Source: the human T2T-CHM13v2.0 reference genome, Homo sapiens. From it: DNA of 64,000 nucleotides. The notes under the pieces are model-generated. The model worked only from the letters and a program-made list of their open reading frames with translations. It had not been told where the DNA came from and made no database searches. This document shows, piece by piece, positions 42,661 through 56,879 of the stretch. The stretch lies in the NCBI RefSeq assembly GCF_009914755.1, contig NC_060932.1; one strand, 5' to 3'. The position numbers and the translations under genes are program-made. Position 1 is the stretch's first letter, and each line of letters starts with the position of its first letter.

Positions 42661-44159
42661 ATCTATCTATCTATCTATCTATCTAGTATTCATTGTTCAC
42701 CAGAAATTTTTAAAAACTGTACCAATGTCATCACGCTGCCCTCTGTGATCTGTTATTAACAAGTCCCCAGGCAATTCCGAGTGGAGCATCAAGGACCTCC
42801 GTCTAAGAAACACACTGATGGAGGATTAGGTCATCTTTTTTCTTCTATAGGATTTTTCCATAGTATGGAGTTTGTTGTTACTGGATCTGCCTCACATTAA
42901 GGAAAAACAAAAACAGAAATCAATGCCACAAAAATATGATCTATATATATTCAAATAAACCAAGATTTTCAAAATGAGTCTAAGATTGCTAGGGGATAGA
43001 CTAAGCTGGAAGCTCATAAGCTGGAAAAGCTCATAAAATATTCAGACCTCTCTGGACAACTTTGGATAATTTCATACTCCAATCTGGCCTTTAAGACTAT
43101 ATTACCAAAACTGACTTAATGGGGACAGTGATATTTGAAAACCACAGAAGCAGTTGCTTAAATGCATATTCTCTGACTTCAACTCTAGAGATTCTGATAC
43201 TTCTGAATTGCAGGTAGATCAGGGAAGGGAGGAAGTGGGGATCAGGAACTTATATTTTTAACGAGCTCCTGAGGATATTCTGAGATGAGCTAGGTGTGAG
43301 AACCTCTGATCTAGACCATTTCTGAATGGATTCATTACACTCCGAGTCTTCCTTTTTCCTTGGTGTCTTTTCTTTACCTTCCATGGCATCTGACCAGTTC
43401 TATAAGTGTTCTGTGGATGCAGTTGGAATGGACCACAGTGGAACTCAATGTCACCTTCGATCCCACCTAAACAGCAGCTCAGCAACCTCTGCCTACCCTC
43501 CCCGCCTCAGCAGCATCTGGCTGTTGATCCCTTTTAGTGGGAGCTCATTACACCTGCCTCACTTTGGTTAGCTGAAGGTACAGTGTGAGGGGTGGGGATG
43601 TATCCTTTGACCCTGTAAGCCACAGAGAGGTCAGGTTCCCTAGGCTGGCTCTGGTCAGATGTCTTATGGCAATTCTGATTTCATCTCCCCTTTATGTCTA
43701 AAAAGAAAAGGTTTCATTGAAGCACCAACACAGGCTATCTCCTTGCTTCCTAAGTTATGCAAATGGGAAAGCTGTGCAAGAGAAGTTCCTCCAGGATCCT
43801 CGGGTGATGCAGTCTGGAATGACAAAGCAGCCCCGGCAACTTGGGGGCAGCCATGAAGGACAGCAGGCTCCGTGTAAGCAAGGGCATAAGCATGCTGTGA
43901 AATGAAGCGGTAGAATTTTCAAGAACAGTGGCTCCTGCTCACTGTAGTTGTACCCTAAGTTTATTTGGGATCTGGGTGGGGTAAGAAAGGGTTTCCTTTC
44001 AGGGTGTGGGTTCTCTTTAGACCAGGGCCTTACTAGTGCACAACACTTTACCATAGTGACACCAGTGCACCCTCGTATATTGGTAATATGCATGTGTATA
44101 ATATAAATATATACAATATGACATATTATATATCTATATTGGTATATACAAACGTATAT

Positions 44160-44503
44160 TGGTAGTGTGTGTGCGTGTGTGTGTGGTGTGTGTGTGTGTG
44201 TGTGTGGTGTGTGTGTCTGATGTGTGTGTGTGGTGTGTGTGTGGTGTGTGTGTGTGGTGTGTGTGTGGTGTGTGTGTGGTGTGTGTGTGTGGTGTGTGTG
44301 TGGTGTGTGTGGTGTGTGTCTGGTGTGTGTGGTGTGTGTGTGTGGTATGTGTGTATGTGTGGTGTGTGTGTGGTGTGTGTGTGGTGTTTGTGTGTGTGGT
44401 GTGTGTGTGTGTGGTGTGTGTGTGTGTGATGGTGTGTGTGTGGTGTGTGTGGTGTCTGTGTGTGTGTGGTGTGTGTGTGTGTGTGTGTGGTGTGTGTGTG
44501 TGT
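44160..44503. repeat. Imperfect (TG)n / (GTGTG)n tract, ~340 bp, in intron 14
   Basis: Direct reading; preceded by a TA-rich segment. Confidence 0.97.
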
Positions 44504-45326
44504 ACTATACAGACAGTATAGCTTAGGGGTCGGCATATGGGCTTGGCCTCAGAAAACCTGTGTTCAAATTCTGGCTGTGCCTCTTGCTAGCTGGACAAGT
44601 TTCTTAACCTCTTCTTCATTGTTAAAATGGAAATAATAATACTACCTAGCTCGTGGGATTGTTGTGAGACAACAACAAATGAGACAACAGAGATCTGAAA
44701 CTCTGCCTGGCCCCTGGTATATACCAAGTCCACAGTTAAATTAGCCTTTGTTACTAAATCATTGTTTGGGTAGAAATCCTCAGATTTTGGATTTCTCAAG
44801 TGCTCCTTTTCTACTGTCCAAAAGGCAGAATGTTATTTTTGCTCGATTCCATTATGTAATATCCTATGAATTTGAAATTTCGGAGGAGGCACAGCATGGG
44901 GCTGTGGAAATGGTGCAGGTATCTGCATCCGAAACTCCGAAGTTGTGTGGGGAGGTCCTCTCTCCTGAGCCCAGAGGCAAAAAGCTGCTCCCAAGAAATG
45001 ATCTTTATGCCCCACAGTCCAAAGCCCCACATTAAACAAAGTCTCAAGACAAGAAGGCAATGTGACCCTGGCCCCCATGTTTTGTTTTGACTTTTAATTT
45101 CAAAATAATATCATTGTGGGGGGGCTTATAGTTTTTAACAGCTGAAAGTTATATAGACAGAAAAAATGCTCAGTGAGTAGAAAAGGGAAAAACCTTAACT
45201 TTTAAGAAAACGTGATTAATCAAGAGATATTATGCTTGACCTCAGGCCATCACTTTGAACTCTGTCACTGGTTGAAAATGGCTTCCCATAAACACAAACA
45301 TAGTCCCCTACTCATTACTGTGGACC

Positions 45327-45760
45327 TAGGGCATTGCTTATCTAACTGGGCCCGTCAGAATCACCTGGGGTACCTTTCAAAGATGCCATCCCACAGATGG
45401 ATCACTTGAGGTCAGGAGCTCAAGACCAGACTGGCCAACGTGGTGAAACCCTGTCTCTACCAGAAAATTAGCTGAGTGTGCTGGCATGCACTGTAGTCCC
45501 AGCCACTTAAGAGGCTGAGGCAAGAGAATCACTTGAACACGGGAGGCGGAGTTCGCAGTGAGCTGAGATTGTGCCACCACACTCCAGACTGGGCGAGAGT
45601 GACTCTGTCTCAAAAAAAAAAAAACAAAAACAAAGATGCCATCCCAGAACACCACCCATGATCTTCAGAATCAGATTCTATAGGGGTAGGCCCGGGAATC
45701 AGCACTGATAACAAGCTTCCTGGTTGAATTGAAGCCCATTAATGTGAGAGCCACTAGCTG
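45327..45760. mobile_element. MER5-like element split by an Alu insertion
   Basis: TCAGAATCACCTGGGG left part; GAATCAGATTCTATAGGGGTAGGCCCGGGAATC right part. Confidence 0.65.
45394..45630 (+). mobile_element. 5'-truncated AluS with perfect 16-bp TSD
   Basis: CAAAGATGCCATCCCA at 45378-45393 and 45631-45646. Confidence 0.93.
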
Positions 45761-46771
45761 GTGTGTACCTTGGCTGGGAACTGGTATTAGAGTCTGATTC
45801 TGCCCTAAGGTCCTACATGCATTATTCACTTAGGATGGTAATAAGTCACCTTATGACACTCTTTTGGTTGCACATTCTGCGAAGGTAGTTTTAAACCAAG
45901 ACGTGGCCCTACAGACTATTATTTCATAACCGCATCGCAGCGGATTTTAGGAATTGGCCTGGGTCTAGGCTACCACCTTCATCAAGGGCTTGGGAAGACT
46001 AAATGCTCTCTGTTGAGAAAGGAACTCATAGTCTTCCAGGGCCAGCAGAATTCACAACTCCAAATGTAAAAGTATGCCTTGTGTGAGTCTTGCAATTGTT
46101 TTGGAAATAGAAACACCTGCTTCATATCAATATTCACATTGTTTTGCTCTCTTCCTGGACTAATTATTGAAAGGTTGATTGTGCCTCAACTTCCTTATCT
46201 ATAAAATGAAGTCATCAACAGCATTAAATGAGCTTAACACATATAGTCAGTAGATCTTAGCTGAGCAGATGATGGCAATGATGTTGATGATGCAGCTATT
46301 TCCACATTAGGGATATTTGGATTGCTTCCCATTGGAGAACCTGCTGTTATTGCCCCTACTGAACACCCAACTCCCTATCCTCAGCCAGGTGTTATTTAGG
46401 TGTAAAAGAAAGTCTGAACTGGAGAATAAGGAGCCAAAAAACGAACAAAGAGTTTTCTTTAAAAAAAATAATTTTTGGCAATTGGTGGTGAAATGTGGAT
46501 TTGTCATCTTGATAGAATAGTGTTGCCACCCTTCCTTCCGAGCAACTTAGGATTGAGTCAGAAGGTGTCACATCAGGCAGATTTGTTGAACAGTTTGGCA
46601 ATGGTGACAGTGTTCCTACAGCCTACAAGGGTTTCCTGGAGTCTGTAATTTAAGCCACTTGATAGGTTGGAGTTCTGTTGTTTAAAAATTGGGCTGTTCT
46701 TATACTCAACAGACATTATATTCTTCCTTGAGATAGTATTTTTGAGTTTGTCTTCATTAAAGAAGTCTCCA

Positions 46772-47096
<325 letters not shown>

Positions 47097-47759
47097 TCAG
47101 GACACTGCCATAAATGCAAGTGCAGCAGCATGAGAGGAGAGGGTAGACTGGGGAACTTGACTGACTTGGTTCAAATCATAACTGTGTAGTCTTGAGTACG
47201 TCCATTTTTGAATGTTTGGTTTCCTTCCTTGCAACATGTGAAAAATGCCTACCATGAAGAATAGTTTTGTTTGTACTACCCTTGACCTCTTACTGTTTTG
47301 GAAAGAACTCTTGACCACAACAAAGAGGAATGTAATTATGGCTTAATCTATGCCAAGCTGAGTCACTTTTCTGGATTATTCTTCTTATTCAGTAGTCCTA
47401 AACCCCCCAGACCTTCATTTCACCTGCCAGAAAATCATTATCTCTACAGATCTATACACCCAGCTAGAACAAGAAAAAAAGTTCTCTATCAGCCAGATGT
47501 TACTAAATATTCCCATACTTGGTATCATTTGGAGAATATAGACTATTTTTCTTTTCATTTGCATATTTAGTATTACATCAATCAAGCCATCCACATAACT
47601 TTGATGATTCAATTTGGCTTCTTTATTGTTATAATTAGGTTTTAAACTGCCTTAAAGACAAGGAATTTGGTGGTGGTGATGGTGGTAGTGAGATGAGTTT
47701 CCAATTCTTTTTATCTGCATTTCTAGTGATTTTTACCTAGTAATCTTGCAAATAAAGCA

Positions 47760-48130
47760 TCTCTGGCCACTGTAGCTTCTGGCTAATCCCCAAGGCCAGC
47801 AGGGCCACTCATACCTCAGGGCCTTTGCACTTGCTGTTCCCTCTGCCTGAAATGTCCTTCCTCCATATGGACAAGGCTCACTTCTTCCAGGCCGCTGCTC
47901 ACATGTTGCTTTATCAGATGGGCCTTCCCAGCCCACCCACGTAAATAGCATCTTCATCGCTCTCTGTCATTCACAGCACTTATCACCACTTGACGTAGTT
48001 ATATTTGTTCCATGTTTATTGTTTCTCTCTTCCCCAGTTGAATGTCAAGTTCATGAGATCAGGGGCTGTGTTTCTTTTCCGTGGTGTATTCCCAGAGCCT
48101 TCAGCATAAGTTTTGTTGACTGAATTGGGC
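47760..48130 (+). mobile_element. L2 LINE 3' end
   Basis: CCTCAGGGCCTTTGCACTTGCTGTTCCCTCTGCCTGAAATG...TTTGTTGACTGAAT. Confidence 0.85.
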
Positions 48131-48738
48131 ATCTGCTGTATGTATACCCCTAGACTGAGTGCTGTGGGTGGTGTGATCTTCACATGCCCTGCTACATTGG
48201 ATTTTTATAATATCCCCATGAACATGGCAGGTAAATAGCATCATCACTACTTTACAGATGTAGAAACTGAGGTCCAGAGGGGGTGGTTTCCAAAGGGCTG
48301 ACAGCTCCACAAATTGATAGAGCCAACTTAAGTCCTCAAGCAACTTAAGCCCAATTAGGGAGACATTTACATCTGAAAAGTTATCACAAGAAGGATAAAC
48401 ATTCCCATTCACAGCTCACCACATCTAAAGAGATCAGGCAATACTAAGCCATCAGGCAAGAAGTAGTCTGTGTGGTGTTGATCCCATGTAGTCAGACAGC
48501 TGAGCTGGGCGAGTTACTCAACCTCTCTACACTCCAGTGTCATCACTTCTGAAATGAGAATAATAATATGAGATAATATTATGAGGATAATAAAATGGGA
48601 TATAGGATTGTTGTGAGGATAAATGAGTGTGTATACATGGTGCTTAAAGTAACACACAGAAATTATAAATTAATATATACTGGGTGTGTGTTCATGTGTC
48701 TGTCTGTGTGTCTGTTAGTGTATTTTATGTGTCTAACA

Positions 48739-48772
<34 letters not shown>
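48739..48772. repeat. (AC)n microsatellite
   Basis: Direct reading. Confidence 0.95.
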
Positions 48773-48774
<2 letters not shown>

Positions 48775-49424
48775 CAATGACCGTGAGTGCTATGAGGTGG
48801 AGAGACAGACTGTGTTTCCCCTAAGGTGAAGAGGCTAGAGAAAGGGATAGGGATGTTCTCTCTCAATGAAGCTAGCTGATGTCTACAAAGAAAAAGGTCG
48901 CTCATGGCCTTAGTAGCACCCAGTTTTTGTCCAACTGTGTCATTCATGTGTGGAGGCGATTCATGGATCATACCTGGTTCTCCTGAAATGTCAAACACGG
49001 CCACCTAGGCAGCATTTACAAGCAAGAGTCCACTGCTTTTTTGATGTATATCTTAAGCGCCCCCAGTGAATGAACAGCATATAACTCCACATAAAAATCA
49101 TTAAATGTAATTGACTTCCAGAGCAGGCAGTTCTGTTGTATGCCTCTGGAGAAGGCTGGCTGAATTGGAATTGGTCTGTACCTTCTGCCTATCATGTACA
49201 TGAGGTTTTTGGGCAAAGAGAACTTTCCACAAAATAAGTCCAAAAATTATAGATCATCAGACAACCAATAACATATTGATGAGATATCTCCAAGATCTAG
49301 AATCGTCCTGGGTGTCAAGGAAGTCTTTGGGGTTTTTACAAATATTGATAATGCACTTTTTATAAAATGCACTTTTTATAAAAATGCATGCTCAGTTGAG
49401 ACAACTTGAAAAACACAAAGAAAA

Positions 49425-49728
49425 GGCCGGGCGTAGTGGCTCACGCCTGTAATCCCAGCACTCTGGGAGGCCGAGACGGGTGGATCACGAGGTCAGGAGA
49501 TTGAGACCATCCTGGCTAACATGGTGAAACCCCGTCTCTACTAAAAATACAAAAAATTAGCAGGGTGTGGTGGCGGGCGCCTATAGTCCCAGCTACTCAG
49601 GAGGCTGAGGCAGGAGAATGGTGTGAACCCAGGAGACGGAGCTTGCAGTGAGCGGAGATCCCGCCACTGCACTCTAGCCTGGGCGACAGAGCGAAACAAA
49701 AAAAAAAAAAGACAGAAAAAGAAAAAAA
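49425..49728 (+). mobile_element. AluY with 17-bp TSD
   Basis: GAGACCATCCTGGCTAAC and GGAGCTTGCAGTGAGC diagnostics; GAAAAACACAAAGAAAA at 49408-49424 and 49729-49745. Confidence 0.95.
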
Positions 49729-50797
49729 GAAAAACACAAAGAAAAAAACCCAAGCACTCCAAATCACCCTGTTCCGACAGAACGATCATGTGCCACACGT
49801 TTTCCATTCATAGAAGGAAGGATTGTTGTGTGGGTGATCTCATCCAGCCCCTGGGCAGAAGGAATTTTCTGCCACCCCTGACAGACAGCCAGCTTCCTCT
49901 GAATGATGATATCCTGCCTGGTCTCACTTTCCAGGGTTCTGAATTTGGCAAAGCGCATCTCCCTGACGTGCATGCAGGCAGGGAACACTGTCCCAGGGTG
50001 GCACATTTGCAAGCTGCCTTTGATGCTGAGAGTTGCACTGAGAGCAGGACTTTGCCCTCCTGGAGGCAGAGGTTTCTGCCAGTTGCTTCTTTGTACAGTT
50101 GCTTCTTTGTACTGGATGGGGTCTGTGAGTCTTGCCCCCAAACCATCTCAACATATGCCCATTTTCTCTAGCAGTTGAGAATCTAAAGCCATCTGCCAGG
50201 TTGTTCCCTTTCAAATTCTGTCTCTGCCACTTACTAGCTGAGGGATCCTGGGTGAGTTACTTACTGACTGGAAGCCTCAGTTCTCTAATCTGAGAGACAG
50301 CGCTCACAAAAGCACTTATTCCATTGTCATGATGTGAGGACTAAGCAAGTGAATAGATGCAAAGCTCCACATGCCTGTGTGCTGGGGACCCAGTGACTCA
50401 ATAAATGCTAGCTATGGCTGGTGCCGCTGCTACCCTAGATTTTATGCCCTTACCCAGTTCTGACTTACATCAGTTGATTTGTGAGCCGAGGTGTTCCCTT
50501 TCATGCTTTGGGGAGCTGGGAATCAAACCCCCAAAAAGAGAAAACCCAAGCATCAGATTCACTTTTCTTTAGGAACAGGGGGAACTAACAGATATAAGCT
50601 GCTTGATGTTGAGTGGAAAAAAGTCCCTATTTTATTTTTCCATTTTATTTTAAAAAGAAGTTCCAAGTAACCCTAACCAAAGTTCAAATAAAACCAACTC
50701 TTGAAGGGCAAGGAAGTCAGAATGGTAGTTAGGTACAAATAATGTAATCTATAGGACTTCCGAGTATGCAACAAGCTCTTATACACAGAAAAATGTT

Positions 50798-51288
50798 TAT
50801 CGGGGTGCTTACCTTTTTGTGCCATGGATACCTTTGGCAGTCTGGTGAAATATATGGACCCTTTACAGAATAATGTTTTTAGATGTATAAAATAAAATAC
50901 ATAGGATTATAAAGGAAACTGGTTATATTGATATTTATCATCAAAATAATAAAAAACCATGCTTATGATATAGGAAACATGTGCTCCTTATTCATGCATT
51001 AAATATGATCTATGGGTGAGACGAATAACAACTGTAATTTCAAAGTATGACGAATGAATGTCATCAGCATTTTGGAACATCTGCAGGATTCTAATATGAC
51101 ATGAAATATCTGTGATTTCCGTTGTTAAAAAAGACACAGGTATTGCTAATGTTACTTTGTGTTCATACTTGAAGAAAATGCTACATTCCAGTTTGAGGTT
51201 AGTGAAAATAAAGATGAATGTTTTCCCCATCCAAGTTCATATATATACTGTTTGGGCATCTGTAGACCCCCAGGTTAAGATCAACCAT
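50798..51288. mobile_element. Charlie4a-like hAT element
   Basis: GGGGTGCTTACCTTTTTGTGCCATGG...CTTTGGCAGTCTGGTGAA ... GACCCCCAGGTTAAGA. Confidence 0.75.
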
Positions 51289-52894
51289 GCTGAGGAAATG
51301 GCAGCTCTAGAAATGATGTGGAAGCAGGTTGTCCTTCAAGGATTTTTTCCAGTCACCAGCTCTGTTAACTGGGTCATTCTAGAATCCCAGGGAATGGGGA
51401 AGGTAGTGAGCTGACTCCTGAGAATTGGCTATGTCTGGGGTTCTTTTTCCTTCATCCCTTCAGCAAATCTTCGCTCAGAGCCCTCTGGATGCAGAACCAG
51501 CTCCCCTTGGCAATTCCCTTTTAATTTGCATGTGCAAGTATGGCCACCAGGAGACATGACAAACAGTGCAGATGCCAGGCATGGGAGGAAGAGAGAAAGA
51601 AAGCATAAATTCTTCAAAACGGCGTTTTGGGGGAGGAGTGATGAAAGCTATGTCAACTGTACATTATTGAGTGTCTCGCCAGATTTGGAAACAGCATTAA
51701 CAGCATTAAGATGTTCAAGGAAACTTTCTAGTGTTCATTTAGACAGATACAATATCTTCTCAAGGAGTCGCTAAAGGAATTTGATATTCTAAAGAGATGG
51801 TGAGCTGCTATACAGCCAGGGTTACGTAGAAGTATTTCAAAGAGGTTAAACATTTCTGGAAACTTTTTTTTTTACCTAACCATCTACTAGATTTGTTCAA
51901 TTCTTAAAAAGGTCTATTGAAATCTCTCACTATAATTGCATTGTTTCAAGGTTTTCAAGTGAATCTCCCACAATAATTGCATTTTCATTTTGCAATAGCA
52001 AAGCACTTAAGCAAAAGTTATTACATCTGTAACAATTACCTATAATAATTTTTGCTTAAGTGCCATGTTATCAGATGCATAAAGTTTTATGATTGCTGTA
52101 GCTTCTCCGTCAATAGTGCTTTTTATCATTATATCATATATCCATTCATATCCATATATCATATCATTATATCATATCCATTCTTAACCTCATCAACCTT
52201 AAATTATACCTTGTCACTCCTCTTTTGCCTTGTTTGCATTTGATTGGTATGATCACCCATCAGTCATCCTTCACTCACCACATTGTCTTCAGTGCTTTTC
52301 TTTTAAACACCATATAGCTGGGCTTCTTTCTTTATCTTTCTCTTTATTTATTTATTTTCTTTTATACTCACTGAGACACTCTGGCTTTTGCTGGAAGAAT
52401 GAAGTTTATTCTCATTTGGTGTAATAACTGATACACTTGATTGTATTTCTTCCATCTTTTTGTTTATTATTTCATTTTGTGGCTTCTTACTTTCTCTTTA
52501 GTTTTGCAGTCAGATTCTAAGTTGTTGTATTTCAACTTTTAAATTTGAAAATTATTATTTACGTTTCCTAAATTTTCCAAATTCCTGAAGTAATTCTTCA
52601 CTACTATTTGAAAATAAACTTCCAACTATTTTCTCCACCAGTGCCTTCCAGCTCCACTCCTCCCTCTGTGAGATGAGACTTCAGAGCTGTATTTTCTCCC
52701 TTGCCTTCCCTCCTCTCACTAAAATTAGCCAGTTGAAATGCCTACCCTCTCCCCATCAACTTCCAACTTCCAGATTTTGCAAAAATAGTTTAATGCTTTA
52801 TTTCTAGAAAACAATTAGATTTTTCTTTGTCCTTTTTACTTCAAGAATATTTAGCACATACATTTCACATTTGCAGTCCACATAACCCTATGTG

Positions 52895-53118
52895 CCAAGC
52901 TTGTCCAACCCACGGCCTGCAAGCTGCATGTGGGCCAAGATAGCTTTGAATATGGCCCAACACAAATTCGTAAACTTTCTTAAAACATTATGAATATTTT
53001 TTTGCAATTTTTTTAAAAAGTCCATCAGCTATCATTAGTGTTAGTGTGTTTTATGTGTGGCCCAAGACAATTCTTCTTTCAATGTGGCCCAGAGAAGCCA
53101 AAAGATTGGACACCTCTG
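52895..53118. mobile_element. MER30 hAT-Charlie MITE
   Basis: CCAAGCTTGTCCAACCC...GCCCAACACAAATTCGTAAACTTTCTTAAAAC...AAAAGATTGGACACCTCTG. Confidence 0.88.
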
Positions 53119-53235
53119 CTATATATACTCAAGTTTACAGCATGCCACTGGTGGCTTTTTTTCCTTCCCCTTTTCTCTAGTTTGGTGTCTCCATTTGGAT
53201 GCATTTGCTATTTGGATGGAGCTCTTTTGTGAATC

Positions 53236-53561
53236 TAGTGGTCCCTTGAGGTCCTGGGGAGGACTAGTTCCAGGACACCTCCCCCAAACTCAAATCCACA
53301 GATGCTCAAGTCCCTCATGTAAAATGGCATAGATATTTGCCTGTAACACACACACATCCTCCCATGTACTTTAAATAATCTCTAGATTACTTATAATACG
53401 TAATACATTGTAAAGGCCATGCAAATAATTGTTATACTGTATTGTTTTGATTCATATTACTTTTTGCCATTGTACTTTTATTTTTCATTTTTTCTAATAT
53501 TTTCAATCCATGGCTGATTGAATCCAAGAATGCAGAACCTGGAGATACTGAGGGCCGACTG
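53236..53561. mobile_element. MER2 (Tigger-derived MITE)
   Basis: GATGCTCAAGTCCCTCATGTAAAATGGCATAG...GATACTGAGGGCCGACTG|TA. Confidence 0.85.
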
Positions 53562-54559
53562 TATTTTTTCAAATGAGATATTTGGGTGAAATACACTGCT
53601 CTTTCACCCTGATAAGTGAGAGATAGCTTGTTGGTGTATGGGATTTATGGAGTGAAATACTTTTTTCCTGTAGTCTGTAAGAGTTCCTGTCCACTGTCAT
53701 TTGGTTTCTAGTGTTGAGATGAGAAGACTGAAGCCAGGCTTATCTTTTTTGGAGGTAACTTGCTATTTCTGTCCAGGAAGTTCCAGGATGTTTTCAAGTC
53801 TTTCTTCTTTTCCGTCATGATTTCCATCTATGCTCTATCCTTTTGCTTTGCGCTTTGAAATTGTTTTTGACTTGATATTTTCTGACACTATTGAGATTGC
53901 TAAATTGACCACCTATCCTTTCATTTGCTCAACTTCAAAAAATGTTTAGTTCAATAATCATATTTGTATATCAGAATTTTGCATGCGTGTGCTCCACAAG
54001 TCTTCTGTTTTTCTTAAGTGCTCTTTTATGTTCTGTTCGAATTGATGCCTCCAACAGAAGTTCTGCCAATTTTCTTTGCAGTTCAAAGGCCCCCACTGGA
54101 TGTGTTGTTTTTCATCCTTGGCTCGTTTGGCTCAGGTGTGACTGTGAGGTAATCTCATCAGTGATGGATTAGTGATGTCTGTCAGGCCCGCTACTTGGTC
54201 CCAGTCTCCTTCTGCTCGCCCAGCTCTCTGCTCACCTGTTCCATGCCTTTGGGCCTTATTAGGGGATGGGGAGTTCTTCCCGTGGGGTGAGATAGATGGA
54301 AGGGTGGGAATCTGTGAGTCTCTGTAGAGTGAACTCTTCTTAGGATCCAAAGCTCCTCCAGCTCTGCTCTAGACCTCTTCAGCCTCTCTTTCCAGCCTCT
54401 GCTAGACTTTCCAATAATCCACATTTCAAACTTCACCTTTCTCAGCTGCCTGTGAGCCCCACCAGCTGCTGGGCTCAGAAGGGGCAGACAGAGTTGATTT
54501 GGGAGTAGAGAGGGTATGAAAGACATTTAGGGCAGGGCTTTCCCGAATCCATCTGTAAA

Positions 54560-56130
<1,571 letters not shown>

Positions 56131-56333
56131 AGGCTGGGTTTTTTGTTGAATGATTTAAAGTCTATCCAAAGGGAGAGGCTCATAAATGAGTGTTTTGAGA
56201 GTTCGACTCATGAGTGAAGAAGAGCACTCTATCCCTGGGAAAATGTCCAAGGGAGTGAAACTGGAACTTTCCCCCTTGCCTCCAGTTGGGCGTCCTTCTG
56301 TGCTCATCTGCCTTCTTGTTATTGGTATTACAG

Positions 56334-56398
56334 ATATCTGAGAAATATGGGCTGCCCGTGGAGAAGATAGCAAAGCTTTACAAGAAAAGCAAAAAAGG
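56334..56398 (+). CDS. GRHL2: GRHL2 coding exon 15 (65 nt)
   Basis: Acceptor ttggtattacAG, donor AGG|gtaaga. Translates ISEKYGLPVEKIAKLYKKSKK(G). Confidence 0.97.
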
Positions 56399-56879
56399 GT
56401 AAGAAAGAAACTGAACTTAAATTGACTTTCAAATCAGATAAATCCACATGATGCCTTAAAAATAAAATGATGCCTGTCTTTTGTTAGGTCTGTTGCCCAC
56501 TTTTCATAAAAATTGTGTCCTTCTTCCAGAGAATTGCAGAGGAGATTGCATTTGGAAGATCTTTAGGAGAGAGGGAGGGAGGGAGGCAGTGCACTGGCAC
56601 TATGTCAACTGAGATGCCTATTTCAATGACAAGACAAGCAGGAAGACCACAGAGGTCTGGAGGTGCTGTGGACACTGGGGAGAATGGCAAAATCACCTTT
56701 CTGCAGGGAGTGGAGTTTATAGGGAATCACGTATGGCCCTTGGGGTTGGTTTCTGGGTGGCATACTAGGAACAAAAAATGGTTTGGAACATAGGGGATTC
56801 CTCTAAGGTAATTATCAAGAAAATGTTCTCAAATGATCATTGGACCTGTGTGTTCTCATTGTTAAGAACAACAGGTCAT

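Noticed and set aside
44126-44636. His/Thr-rich and Cys/Val-rich ORFs
   Set aside because: Artefacts of the (TG)n tract, which lacks stop codons in most frames.
50917-50924. GRHL-like site AACTGGTT as an autoregulatory element (also AACCAGTT at 62632)
   Set aside because: Isolated 8-mers are expected by chance in 64 kb; the first lies in a transposon fossil with no supporting motif context.
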